A stretch of DNA of 64,000 nt, from NCBI GenBank assembly GCA_951406725.2, contig OX597832.1:5208001-5272000 (forward strand). The letters are read 5' to 3'. How positions within the stretch are numbered: position 1 is the first letter of the stretch; each line of letters opens with the position of its first letter. The stretch comes from Octopus vulgaris (Eukaryota). The notes below the pieces were generated by a model that had not been told where the DNA came from, ran no database searches, and saw nothing but the letters and a program-made list of their open reading frames with translations. The position numbers and the translations under genes are program-made. This document shows positions 13,455 through 26,577 of the stretch, piece after piece.

Positions 13455-14875
13455 AGAGAGGGAGAGAGAGAGAGAATATTGCAAACAATGAATGAAATAA
13501 ACATGAAATTAAAAAATCATACAAATAAATGGGCATTACTACAGATGTATATGCCCCCAACTTTGTTGTCTCATAACATCTAGAAAATGGATACTTTTTA
13601 GCAAAATTTTCTACAAATACTGCTTAGATGTTGTGGCTTCAGAGTATATAGGGATTTATGAGAAAGAATTTTTGCAAGGGGGTGGATAGAGGAGTTTCAG
13701 AAAATTCACACAATCTGACTTTTCCCCTTATAACTTTCAGGAAGATGGGTATCTTTTAATGAAATTTTATACAAATCCCTGTCAAACAGCATAGATTACG
13801 ATTATAAAGAAATTTGTGGGGAAAATGTTTTTGGGAATTTTCCCCATTTTTGTTTTTAAACCACAGCCTTCGAAACGATGGAGGATGGACAGGGGGAGCA
13901 TCTTTATATGAAAAAGTTTTGAAAACTCTTTTTTTTAACAACCCGCTCCCTCATCATCTCACTCCAGACGTATTTTGGCTAATTTTTTTCAGCACTTCAA
14001 AACCATGGAAAGAGCATCTTTGGTAAAAAAAAAATTTTTAAATTGTTAATATTTTCAGAGGGAAAAGTGAGTGATTTAAGTATGATTTGCGGCACATCCA
14101 AAGACAACCCTCCTCGTTTCTTTTTCACTCTTGCATGTATTGATATTTTTCAATATTTTCCCCCCAATTACATTTATATGCTACAAAAATGAAAATTTGA
14201 GAAATTAGGAATTTTTTGCAACCCCACTCCCTGCCCCCAATTACTTCTGTTTAGAAATAAAAATATTGGAGAGCCTGAGAAGGTCATTGCTGGCATTTGT
14301 CCAAGGTGATTTTAAAAAATTATGGAGATGTACTTGCATAGCAAGTGACTTGATCTGAAGTTGTGTGCTGAAACAAAAACAATTGCAGTGTGGAAGATGT
14401 TTGTAAGCCATTCAAGAACACGCAAAAACCATTAGTTTCTCTTCAAAATTAAAAGTGATGCAGCCTGAAGTTTTGTCAGTGAACAGCACACACATGCACA
14501 CGCATTCATTGCCTTTCATTTGTGTGTGTGTGTATCTATGTGTAAGTGTGAGTGTGTGTGTTGATGTGTGTGTGTGTGTGTGTGTTACTGTTGAAGTCAC
14601 TCATGCAACTTGTTTGTTTATATATTGGCTTAGTGGTACAGAGTATTTGGAAACTGTAAATAAGGTGCAAGTTTTGAGTACTTGTTGGTACTCTAGGCTC
14701 TTCTCAAAGCTATCCCGTGTTCAAAAATTATATGAGTATTTAAAAAAATTTTCATTCAATAAATAACGTTTTTACATTATGTATACATTAATAGTGTAAA
14801 CTATCAATTTTCCAAATAGCAAATTTAAACTTAAAAGAGAAAGTGAGAGACCTTGCAAATGAAAATGGAATACTC

Positions 14876-15073
14876 TGCAGTGAATGCAATGAATATTTAA
14901 ATTTTTGAAGAATTGGATGCAGTGAATGCAATGAATATTTAAATTTTTGAAGAATTGGATGCAGTGAATGAAATGAATATTTAAATTTTTGAAGAATTGG
15001 ATGCAGTGAATGAAATGAATATTTAAATTTTTGAAGAATTGGACACAGTGAATGCAATGAATATTTAAATTTG
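14876..15073 (+). repeat. 42-bp tandem repeat, about 4.7 copies
   Basis: Unit TGCAGTGAATG(C/A)AATGAATATTTAAATTTTTGAAGAATTGGA. Confidence 0.92.
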
Positions 15074-16872
15074 TGAGAAATTGAAGTTAAAAAAAATTCA
15101 ATAAACTTGAGAAATCGAAATTATCGGGAATTTCTTAGAACATGAATTTATAAAAATATTTCCAGATGGTCAACCCTTTAATTAATTGCTTTCTTTTAGC
15201 AATTGTTACATACCTAATTAATAAGCAGCTTTCTCCATTATAGTATAGGTGCATAACCAGTGGTACATATGGGGATTGTGTGAAGTTTGTGATGAACCAC
15301 CAGTGGTACATGTAGCCATTAATGTGTTAAATATTCATCATGCCCATGGCAAAGGCACACTAAACTTAATCTTTCTAACTGTTAAATGAAACCATGTGTA
15401 GGTAGAGAACATTGCTATATGTAGCAGCAACACTTAGTAGAATTGATAAGAGATTTGGGTTTCAGAGAGGAATAAGACATGCCCTTAGTTGAGGTCCTGA
15501 TCAGGCTAAAGTATGCAGATATTTGTGAAGTAGTTTCAATGGGAAGAGGCAGCCATGACCAATGAGTTAGTTCTAAACACTGCTTTGATCTCTGGAAGCC
15601 AGCGGCCACATGCAGAATTCTCAAAATTCTGTGTTCACTGGCAGCCAGTTATGAACTAAGGGAGGTGAGGATATGACTATGTGCCAGTTGACAAAGTAGC
15701 TTCATGAAGTGCAACTCATCAGGATAGGCCCTGTCCTATATGGTGGTGGGATTCCACTGGGAACCTATTTCACTAGCAAAAAGGGATATTAGGCAAAGAA
15801 AGATGCAGTTAAAAGCTTAACATCAAAATATTACATCACCTTCACGATGGAGGAGTGTTTTAAATGTTAGACCTATCCTACATACACATAAAAAGGGGCC
15901 ATGGTGTTTTATCCTGGTGCCACCACTGCCGCCACCACCACCACCACCACCATCACGACAACTGCTGCCACCACCAACAACAGCAACAACAACAACATAA
16001 GTTGTCTATGTACTCAGAGTACACAATGTTCTGTGCTGTCTAGGCATTACTAGACTCACTCACCCTAGATACACTATAAGAATATATAATCATCAAGTGA
16101 TGCCATTATAGTACACAATAGGTTATGGGACTTACTACACATTCTTAACAGGTTCAGAATAAGATTCAAAAATTGTCTTTTCCACAGTGCAAGAATCATA
16201 AGAGAAAGCATGTATGCATGCTTACATACATATTTAAATTGGTGTTGATCAAGAATCATAACAACAAACACAAATCTCTGTGGAGATGAAATAATTTCAT
16301 ATATGTTTTATAGAAAGCTCAGTTTGTCTATGTAAAATAGACCTCTTGCAAATTTAATTTCTGGGGTGGCTTGAGAAAATCGATGCCAATCTATTTTAAA
16401 GGGATCCCAGTTGTAGTGAAAATCCTAGAATTTTACATTTTATTGGTATTTATTCCATTGATCCCTGTACTTTTCAGAGTGTTGGTTACTGCATGATACA
16501 ATTTTCCTTTTTATAAATACGTTATCACATCCACTTTTCATAATAATCTGTATATTGATGGAGCCAATAATAAACAAGGGAACAAAATTTGTTTAGCGCA
16601 TGCAAACCCAGGTCCAAAACTCTTTACAAACAAGGTTAATTTTTACAATCATAATCTCAAAACCAAGACAGTTATGATAATTATTGTTATTATTAATTAT
16701 GTTTCTACATAAATCAAATCAAACAAATCCAATAATGGAAAAGTAATGTTTCAAATCAGTCCCAAACTATTTCTATGCTTGTTTGTTTTGGTGATGAAGT
16801 TTTTCAGGAGGATGTTCAAAGCATTTTCATTGTCCTCCAAATAATTTTACAACTGAATATTCTTAAAGAAAA

Positions 16873-17986
16873 TACAAGATGGTATCAAAAAGGTCCCGGA
16901 CTAGTTATGTTTAATTAAAAATAACTTATTTACCTAAGTTTTAACATTATCTCCTTCAAAATAGTAACCTTGCGCAGCAACACACTGACTCCAGAGTTCC
17001 AGCCACTTTTTTTAATCTGGCCTGGAATTCGTTTTCCATAAGTAAAAGCACCATTCGAGCATGATCGTTACCAGCATCGCCTTACTGGCACTTGTGCCAG
17101 TGTGCAGGTGACAGGTAAAATAAAAAAAAAAAATTTTGTGTCCATCGCCAGTACCGCCTAACTGGCACTCGTGCTGGTAGCACATAAAAGCACCCACTAC
17201 ACTCTCGGAGTGGTTGGCATTAGGAAGAGCATCCAGCTGTAGAAACTCTGCCGGATCAAGACTGGAGCCTGGTGCAGCCATCTGGTTCACCAGTCCTCAG
17301 TCAAATCGTCCAACCCATGCTAGCATGGAAAGCGGACATTAAACGATGATGATGATGAGGTCAATGACCTTCTGCAATTCACTCTGGATTTCAACGACAG
17401 TGTTAAAATAGTAATCTTTGAGCTGCCTTTTCATCTTGGGGAAGAGATGTACGGAAGTGATACCATGTTGTTTTTAGCGAGAAACTCATGACTGAGGAGA
17501 GCTTGGTGACAGGGTACATTGTCATCACGAAGGATCCAATTCTTCATACTCCAAAGATCCGGTTGCTTTTGCTGAATGCCCTCCCTGAAATAAACTTTTG
17601 ATGCACAATACTGCGGATGTTGAGAAAAACGACGAGCATATTCTTGATTGAACTGCAGCTCTGTCATGCCTTCTTCGGTCATGGAGATGAAGGGCTCTTC
17701 CATTGTGGCAACTGCTGTAAGCTTACCAAAGCATGCTCAATGTCTCTGTAGCAGACTTTCCAAGTTTAATGCAAAATTTCACATAGGCACTTTGTTCCAA
17801 CCATGACAAAATTATGAACAACAGCATACATGTGATCACAAAAACACAAATTTCACTTGCAAAATAAACACAGCGACCTCAACTGGCACACTGCCTCATG
17901 AAGGTCACTGTGAGCTCTCACTGCACACACAACCTTGTGTTGCCATCTACAGAACTAGTCTGGGAACTTTTTAATACCACCTCGTA
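16873..17986 (-). mobile_element. internally deleted mariner with a nested RTE 3'-end insertion (about 17038-17358)
   Basis: TA-flanked TIRs CAAGATGGTATCAAAAAGGTCCCGGACTAGTT / AACTAGTCTGGGAACTTTTTAATACCACCTCG; WILRDDNVPCH corresponds to the LHDNA motif. Confidence 0.8.
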
Positions 17987-18305
17987 GCCACTCAGCTGTA
18001 AAGTGCAGGTGATGTATATTTTCATCAGGTAGACTGAGACAAGGAGAATGACTTGTTTAACAACACAAAACAATCAACAAAGCAAAATTTGAATGACATA
18101 CTGGTTCATACTTTTAAAATATAATGAAATACAAAGCAATAAATCTCTTTAAAGCATGAAATGAAACTGGAAATGTAAACAGAAACAGAAGAAAGCTTTT
18201 TATTTTCTGTTTCTTGTCATATATAGACAGCTCCACCTTAAACTAACAAACAATACTTGCAAACTGAAGTAAAATGTACAATATTAAAGAAATCAAAATA
18301 TTTAC

Positions 18306-18413
18306 TTCTCCTGCGACTATTTAAGTTTGTTTCTTCCACAGAATAAGGGTACCAGTTTTCTTCATAGTTTTCTCGTCTTCCATCATAGTAATCATGATCA
18401 GTCATATGAAGTC
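18306..18413 (-). CDS. SHANK: probable SHANK coding exon 11 (linker before SH3)
   Basis: ccttttag|(G)LHMTDHDYYDGRRENYEENWYPYSVEETNLNSRRR+A|gtaaat, 108 nt, phase 1-1, in frame with exon 10. Ends in RRR, like the basic patch before the SHANK SH3 domain. Weak homology. Confidence 0.65.
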
Positions 18414-19769
18414 CTAAAAGGAATTGATGAAAATGGATCATTTATAAGAATTATACAATTTTATTGCAAATACGCAGAAACTTATGCTGTAATGTTAAAA
18501 CTTAATAGGTAAGCATAGTTAATAAATTACTTAACAACAAAATTGTTGAATAGTGTCATGTTAATAACGTGAATGTTGTGTGTTCAAGTCCCATATTGGG
18601 CACAGAATCTAATTTTGTTCACCACTTCACCTCGTTATGGCTGAACAGCCGTTACCATTTGTTTTTATTGTTTTGTTCTTACTGTCCTGTTTTTGTCACC
18701 ACTTTAACCCTCTGCAAATCCCAAATTTTTAAAATTTGCTTTGCAGGAATGACTGCTTTAACGAAGTCGCATCTTATCCCTATGTTCGAAACGTGGAGTA
18801 GATAAAACAGGGGACAACTGATGAAGGGAATGTTCTTTATGTTGCATGTCTCGTTTCTCTAGTTGTTTCTTTTGTTGTTTGAAAAAAGGTCTGTTTTCCA
18901 TGTTTTTGTTTTTTATGTTCTCGTTTTTTTGACGTCCTGTATCCATATGTGCATGTATATATACATATATATGTAGGTATGCACATATATGTATGTATAT
19001 ATATGCATATATATATATATTATTTATATTATTATGTGATCAAACACCACACATCCATTTCCAAGTAAGTTTTATCTTAATAATTCCGATGTGCACTCTA
19101 CAACCTATCCCTATTCTATCTCCCTCCCCTGTTCTTCTTCCTTTCTGTTTTTCTCTCCCACCCTTTCTCTAATTCTTCTTCTCTCTCCTTCACTGTCTCC
19201 CTGTCTCTCTCTCACTCTTCCTCCTTGACTCTCTTGTTGTTCAAACGTGACTAACAGCTATCTATCTTTCCTTCCACTTCCTTCCTAAAGACAAGATCTG
19301 CTTTTGCCTGTCTTCTCAAAGCTCGTTTCTCCAGCATTCACCACTTTACTTTGTTATGGCTTAACAACCCTTACTGTTTGTTTTTAATGTGCTTGAGGAG
19401 ACCTATTGTGTCAAGTACATCAACATAAAAAATTAATGGAAATTGTAGTTGTGATCCCTGTGCCGGTGGCAAGTAAAAAGTATCATCCGAACGTGGCCGA
19501 TGCCAGCACCTCCTTAACTGGCCTCCGTGCCGGTGGCACGTAAAAAGCACCAATCCGATCGTGGCCATTACCAGCCTTGCCTGGCACGTAAAAAGCACCC
19601 ACTACACTCACGGAGGGGTTGGCGTTAGGAAGGGCATCTAGCTGTAGAAACACTGCTAGATCAGACTGCGGCCTGGTGCAGCCTTCTGGCTTTCCAGATC
19701 CCGGTTGAACCATACAACCCATGCCAGCATGGAAAACGGACGTTATACGATGATGATGATGATGATGAT

Positions 19770-19801
19770 ATATATATACTTATATACATATATATATATA
19801 C

Positions 19802-19850
<49 letters not shown>

Positions 19851-20350
19851 CATACATATATATACATATATATATACATATATACAAATACATATATACA
19901 TATACATATATACATACATATATACATACATACATATACATACATACATATACATACATACATATACACATATACATACATATACACACATATACATATA
20001 TATATACACATACATATATAAACATATCATCATCATCGTTTAACATCCATTTTCCATGCTAGCAAGGGTTGGACATATATATATACATATACATACATAT
20101 ATATAACGGGAAGCTTTATGAAAATAGACAAAAGACGAAGGCAGGTGGAAAACAAATGAACAATATACATATACATACATATATATACATATATATACAT
20201 ATATATACATGTATATATACATGTATATATACATATATATATATATATACATATATATACATACATATACACATATATATATATACATATATATACATAC
20301 ATATACACATATATATATATAAACATATAAATATACATATACATATATAT
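19770..20350. repeat. compound (TA)n/(CA)n/(TACA)n microsatellite field
   Basis: Seen directly; similar tracts at 8838-8880, 13393-13475 and 22533-22740. Confidence 0.95.
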
Positions 20351-22529
20351 CATCATCGTTTAACGTCTGTTAACCACGCTAGCACGGGTTGGATGGTTCA
20401 ACCGGGGTCTGGGAAGCCAGGGGCTGCACCAGGCTCCAGTCTGATCTGACAGCGTTTCTACAGCTGGATGCCCTTCCTAATGCCAACCAATCCGCAAGTG
20501 TAGTGGGTGCTTTTTACGTGCCACCGGCACAGGTGCCGGGGGAGTCTGGCATCGGCCACGATCGGTTGGTGCTTTTTATGTGCCACCGGCACAGAAGCCA
20601 GTCAAGGTGGTGCTGGCATCGGCCACGTTCGGATGGTGCTTTTTATGTGCCACCGGCACAGAAGCCAGTCGGGGCGCCGCTAGCATCGGCCACATTCGGA
20701 TGGTGCTTTTTATGTGCCACCGGCACAGGTATCACAACTTCTGTTTCCATTGATATTTATTTCGATGTTCATGTACTTGACTCAATAGGTCTCCTCAAGC
20801 ACAGCGGGATGTTCTGGAATCCAAGGTACTTTGAATGGGCAGGTGCTATGCGTAACTGGGGCAGGAAGCCGCCTGGGTCTTTGCAGTCACAGCATATCTC
20901 CAGAGATCTCGGTCCTTCGTTATTGCCTCTGTGAGGCCCAACGCTCTGAGGTCATGCTTGACTACCTCATCCCATGTCTTCCTGGGTCTACCTCTCCCCC
21001 TGATACCTTCAACTGTTTGGGAGTGGCACTTCTTCACACATCTCTCCTCATCCATCCGCAGTACATGACCATACCATCGCTCTTGCACACCACATCTGAT
21101 GCTTCTTATGTCCAGCATTTCTCTCAGGGTGCTTACCCTTTGTCATGCACGCACACTGACATCCAGCGGATCATGCTAGCTTCATTTCTTTCAAGTCTAC
21201 GCATGTCCTCTGCAGTCACAGCCCACGTTTCACTACCGTGAAGCATGGCAGTTCGCACACATGCATCATACAATCTACCTTTCACTCTGAGCGAGAGACC
21301 CTTTGTTGCCAGTAGGGGTAGGAGCTTTCTAAACTTTGCCCAGGCTATTCGTATTCTAGTGGTGACACCCTCTGAGCATCCACCTCCACTACTAACTTGG
21401 TCACCCAAGTAGCGGAAACTATCAACTACTTCTAGTTTCTCCCCCTGGAGTGTGAGTGAATCTGTTTTCTGAGTATCTGTGGTGTCTATTATCCCTGTGC
21501 ATCTGCCGCACATGAAAGCTATCTTATCAGTTAATTTCCCTTTGATGTTGCTGCACCTCTTATGCATCCATAGCTTACACTGGGTACATCTTATGGAGTT
21601 TCTACCTACACCTTTCCTACAGATCGAGCAGGGCCACCTGCCTGAGTGTGTGTGTGCTGAGTTCGCCTTTCTGCTTACTATAACTTTGGTCTTTGCTACA
21701 TTTACTCTAAGGCCCTTTGATTCTAACCCTTGCTTCCACACCCGAAATTTCTTTTCTAGTTCCGGTAGTGATTCTGCTATGAGAGCCAGGTCATCAGCAT
21801 AGATGAACTCCCAGGGGTAACCTGTTTTGAATTCCTCTGTTATTGCCTGGAGGACTATGACGAATAAAAGGGGACTGAGGGCTGAGCCTTGGTGTACACC
21901 TACTTCTACCCGGAATTCTTCACTATATTCATTGCCAATCCTAACCTTGCTGACAGCCTCTCTGTATAGGGCCTGTACAGCCCTTATTAGCCATTCATCA
22001 ATCTCCAGTTTCCGCATCGACCACCAGATCGGGGGACCCTGTCAAAGGCTTTCTCCAAGTCCACAAAAGCTATGTATAGGGGTTTATCTTTAGCTAGGTA
22101 CTTCTCCTGCAGTTGTCGGACCAGGAATATAGCACCAGTGGTGCTTCTACCCGGCACAAAACCAAACTGCATCTCATCTAAGCAAATTCTCTCCCTAATG
22201 AGATGGGTTATGACCCTCTCTGTGACCTTCATCACCTGATCCAACAGTTTAATACCCTTGTAGTTATTTCTATCTAGAGCATCTTCCTTACCCTTGTAGC
22301 AGTTGACAATGGTGCTGCTACGCCAGTCATTGGGTATGACTCCATTATGAACTACCTGGTTTACAATGCAGGTGACAAGGCCATAGCCCACATAACCAGC
22401 TGTTTTAAGCATCAGCTGGTTATGTGGGCTATGGCCTAGTCACCCGCATTGTAAACCAGGTAGTTCATAATGGAGTCATACCCAATGACTGGCATATCAG
22501 CACCATTGTCAACTGCTACAAGGGTAAGG
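20351..22529 (-). mobile_element. young 5'-truncated RTE LINE (RT, Cys-rich module, 3' UTR)
   Basis: QFGFVPGRST, FVDLEKAFDRVP, GVHQGSALSPLLF, YADD and LHGSETW motifs; few frameshifts; (GAT)n tail. Confidence 0.95.
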
Positions 22530-22666
22530 GTGATATATACATACATATATATATATACACATAAATATATATATATATATATATGCACATATATATATAT
22601 ATATACACATATAAATATACATACACACATATAAATATACATATATATACACACATATAAATATAC

Positions 22667-22737
<71 letters not shown>

Positions 22738-24387
22738 CATAATTCCGCAACTCTTAAATATAGAACTGTATTATGGACCACAGATATTAAATGATGATGA
22801 TGATTACAATATATATATTTATAATTATAGTTTAAAATTTTGGTACAATGCCATCAATTTTAGGCGAAGGGGTAAGTTGACTACATCAATCCCCAATCTT
22901 CAACTGGTACTCATTTTAGGGACCCTAAGACGAAGTTGACTTCAGCGGAATTTGAACTCTGAATGTAAAGAGCAAGAAGATATGCAATGAAATATTTTGT
23001 CAATCATGTGAACGATCCTGCCAGCTTGCCATCTTAGAAGCAATAATGCTACGTTAAGCTGACGTGTGATAAAATGAATTCTTTAGAATATTCCTTTTTT
23101 CTATATACATATTGAAAAGAAATTCCTACTTCAATGAAACTGCTGTTAAAGGCCTAACAACAACCAATTCCAAATTATCCTGATGGGTAACACTTCATGA
23201 GGCTACTCTATCAGCTGGTACATAAAGTCATGTCCCCAGCTCCCTTTGTTTGTGACTGGTTCTCAGTGAACATAAAATTTTGAGAGTCCTGCATGTGGCC
23301 ACTGGCTTCCAGAGATGAAAGAATGTTTAGAACCAACTCATAGGTTCCTCATTCTTAAGATGATTTTCTACAAATGGTTCCAATAACTAATATCTTTTAA
23401 CTTTATTGTTGCCAAGGTGATGGATGTGGATGAACATCTTATAACTTTATACCTTCCTCAGCAGCCATCAGTAGTATTATATAATAATAATGAAATTATT
23501 GTATACAGTGCTCAGGTGCACCACAACTTGTCAGAAAGTGCGTATAGAGTGTATGTAGTAATGTACAAATGTCTGGAAAGCGAACAATGTAAGAGTCAGA
23601 TACATGCTTGTGTGTGTATGGAGGGGAGAAAATCAGGTGTAGTGTTGGCGAATTAGTTCCAGAATGGAATAATTACTGACAGTAATTTAATAAGTGTAGT
23701 ACGTCAATGGTATATTGATAGAATACATCAAATGAATCACTCTGATAAATATGGTGCGACCACAACACATAGCCCTGAAAACTTCGACCTGTCGAGATTA
23801 TCCAAGTAACCATACAATAAAACTTTCTCGAGGAAGTGTCTAAATTCATTCATTAAGAACAAGGGAGGCAACTCTTGTCTTCCTTTCATGAAGCATTTTG
23901 CATGGATTACCACTAGCTTCATTGCTTAGGGTAAATATCTTTTCTGTTAACGAACTACTGAACAATCAATTAACACCCTGCTAACAAACTTGTACTACAA
24001 CCCACTGACTCACTGTATCTTCTGAAAATTACTCTACAGTAAAGATATCCTGGAGTACCTCAGTTAATATGTTCTAGATACTCACTGATATAAAGTTCCA
24101 GTTTCACATTAAGGATAAGAAAAATGCATTTTAATGACTCTTGCCTCATTATGTTCTAATTTTAAAAATAAAATATATTGCTGAACATTTAAGCATCTTT
24201 CATTTCCACTCAAAATTATTTTTAGTATTCAGCACTGAATTAACTTACAACAACCAAGACTAGCAAACACATCAGAACCCACATTTTCATGGGGCCTGGA
24301 GCAAATTCTGTTAAGAAATGTTTTATACTATACTATATTACTATAAAACAGTACATGCTAAACGTTTTTATTAATACAAAACTATAC

Positions 24388-24590
24388 TAAGGCAGTGAGC
24401 TGGTAGAATTGTTAACACATCGAGCGGCATTTCATCCTTCTTCATGTTCTAAGTTCAAATTCCAGTGAGGCCCACTTTACCTTTCATCCTTTTGGGGGTT
24501 CAATAAAATAAGTACCAGTTGAATGCTGGGTCGTAGTAATTGACTTATTCCCTCCCCCAAAATTGCTGGCCTTGAGCCAAAATTTGAAAT
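24388..24590 (+). mobile_element. tRNA-derived SINE (family C, old)
   Basis: AAGGCAGTGAGCTGG...GTTCAAATTCC...TTTCATCCTTT. Approximate other copies: 9730-9950, 36655-36840, 36870-37080, 45530-45750, 48432-48630, 52378-52590. Confidence 0.7.
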
Positions 24591-26330
24591 TAATATAATG
24601 CTATATTATATTTCAACAAAACTAAACATCCTAAATGTTACATTACTATATTATAGCATATTACTATTATAGTATATTATTATAATACAACACTATATTA
24701 GTATGATATTATACGTCAATACTATACTATAATACTATATTATACAACTAGTATTATACTACATTTACTAAAATCTTTATTACAGTAATGCTATATAATA
24801 TATATTATACATGCTCAATGTTTCATTACTACAATACTGTTTCGCAGTCAACTTAGAATGCATTTGCAATCCAACATACTTTATGTTAAACAAATTATAA
24901 TTATCAAATTGAGAGGCATTAGCAAATATAACTATACTAATTAATATAATTAATAGAGTTGCCATTCTATTTCTCTATTATGCTGCACTAAAGGCATCAT
25001 ACAATCACTGAACTTTATCATTTTTCTCATAAATAATAGTGGTTGAATGAGTCAGATTATTACTTATATCAGATTATCTCTTATGTGCCATAGACATCCC
25101 AAAACTTACTATCTTCATTCAGTGAAATCAGTTTTTTTTTAAATAGGCAAGAAATATTTTATTGCATATAGTTATGTGAATCTTAACCCTTTCGCATTTA
25201 AACTGATCATATCTGGCCCAAATATTCTACCAGTTTTATATTCAAACTGACCAAATCTGGCCTCTAATACCTACCCTAAAATGTCATTCTGAAAACAGAG
25301 TCAAATCATCAAATCTCAAAGCTATGAGATAATGCACAATTAATTCAAAATAATGTGAATAAACAAACATCGTATTTGACGGAGTAATCTGAATGTTAAA
25401 GAGTTAAGCAAAACAATAACACATAGAAGAAGCTTAATTTCACATCGTTACATTTTCAATGTCAGACCAGAAAATCCAATTTACATTGTAATATTGTAGC
25501 AATTTAAGCTCTGTATTTTTAGGTTTGATTTACAACTAAACCAAGATCTGTAGAAGAAAGAACCACCCATTTAATATTACCACATAATTAACTATATCTA
25601 AGCTGTTGTTTTCCAGGATTAAACATCTAATTATCTTGAACACATTAGCCAGCAAGTAAATATGAAGCTTTAGGTAAAATAATGAATAGTGGATACCTTG
25701 TATTAATTAATTCAATATCCAGTTCCACAATAACTGATCTATCTGTATTAATCTTTCAAATATGTAGTTTGATTCATTAAAAAATACCCAACTTCAATAA
25801 AAATTTTCTGGCAGAAAGCACAACCAGCAAACTGATAGTAACTGGTTTGTGTTCTCCTTCCTTATTCTGGTAATCTATATACATTGGTCTTAATTATAAT
25901 TTGATAAAAGAGCTCTGGTTTTCATTTAATACTCCCTTTGTAACATATATTTCAGGCCTTGCACTAGCTTAATTTGACCTTGTTGGAACCTAACATTTCT
26001 TTTTCTTATCACCTAAACTCTTGGTACACAACTGGTGTCTGTGCTAAAACTGTATTAACACTTTGCAATAGTCGATCATTCTAGAAAGCTTTTCTGACCT
26101 ATATTATTAAATAACATAGAATTCTATATTCTTAAAATTATTTTTTTAATAGATTAATCACAGGAAGAAAGATAAGTGCCATGACTTTTTCCAGTGTTTC
26201 TAAGAAATTGAAGTAAGACCACAAACCAGAGACCTGGTCCAAATACTTGCAACAAAACTAAATCTTCCAGAGGCAATCAAATAGTAATGGTATTAAACCA
26301 GCAACCAATGAAGTCTACTTCCAATCTCAC

Positions 26331-26351
26331 CCTTTATATCCAAGCCTAAAT
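26331..26351 (-). CDS. SHANK: candidate SHANK 21-nt microexon (DLGLDIK)
   Basis: ctaactgcctgtgaacaattctttcag|ATTTAGGCTTGGATATAAAGG|gtgaga; phase 1-1 and open in frame between exons 10 and 11. No homology support. Confidence 0.45.
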
Positions 26352-26577
26352 CTGAAAGAATTGTTCACAGGCAGTTAGATTAATGTAATATATGTGAAGT
26401 ATTTTTGAATAAATATGACAAAATTGACTTAGATTTGATTTCAACAGCTTGATATATTTTAAAAAAGTGTTGAAATCACTTGTAGAAGTGTTCTTAATAC
26501 AAAAGCAATAGATTTCTGATTTTATTTAATATCTTACTTTGTAGAATGATAGCAAATGTGAGTTAATGACTTTAACC

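Noticed and set aside
1-18305. Apparent absence of SH3 and PDZ exons as domain loss
   Set aside because: Introns here reach 12-14 kb, so the next exons can lie outside the window; I may also have missed a diverged exon by eye.
19661-20449. Stack of 60-126 aa ORFs rich in Y/I/C/V/M/H/T
   Set aside because: Translations of (TA)n/(CA)n microsatellite; the same applies to 22436-22781.
20505-20730. CRISPR-like alternation of a constant 28-bp block (TGGTGCTTTTTATGTGCCACCGGCACAG) with spacers
   Set aside because: The spacers are homologous to each other, the array is in a LINE 3' UTR, the context is eukaryotic and there are no cas genes.
23737-23922. 61-aa minus-strand ORF as an alternative first exon
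   Set aside because: No recognisable homology, weak donor and no promoter evidence.
24014-24021. ttttcag|AAGATACA|gtgagt micro-exon-like site (similar 8-nt site near 12577-12584)
   Set aside because: 8 nt would frameshift SHANK and there is no clear branch point; probably chance.
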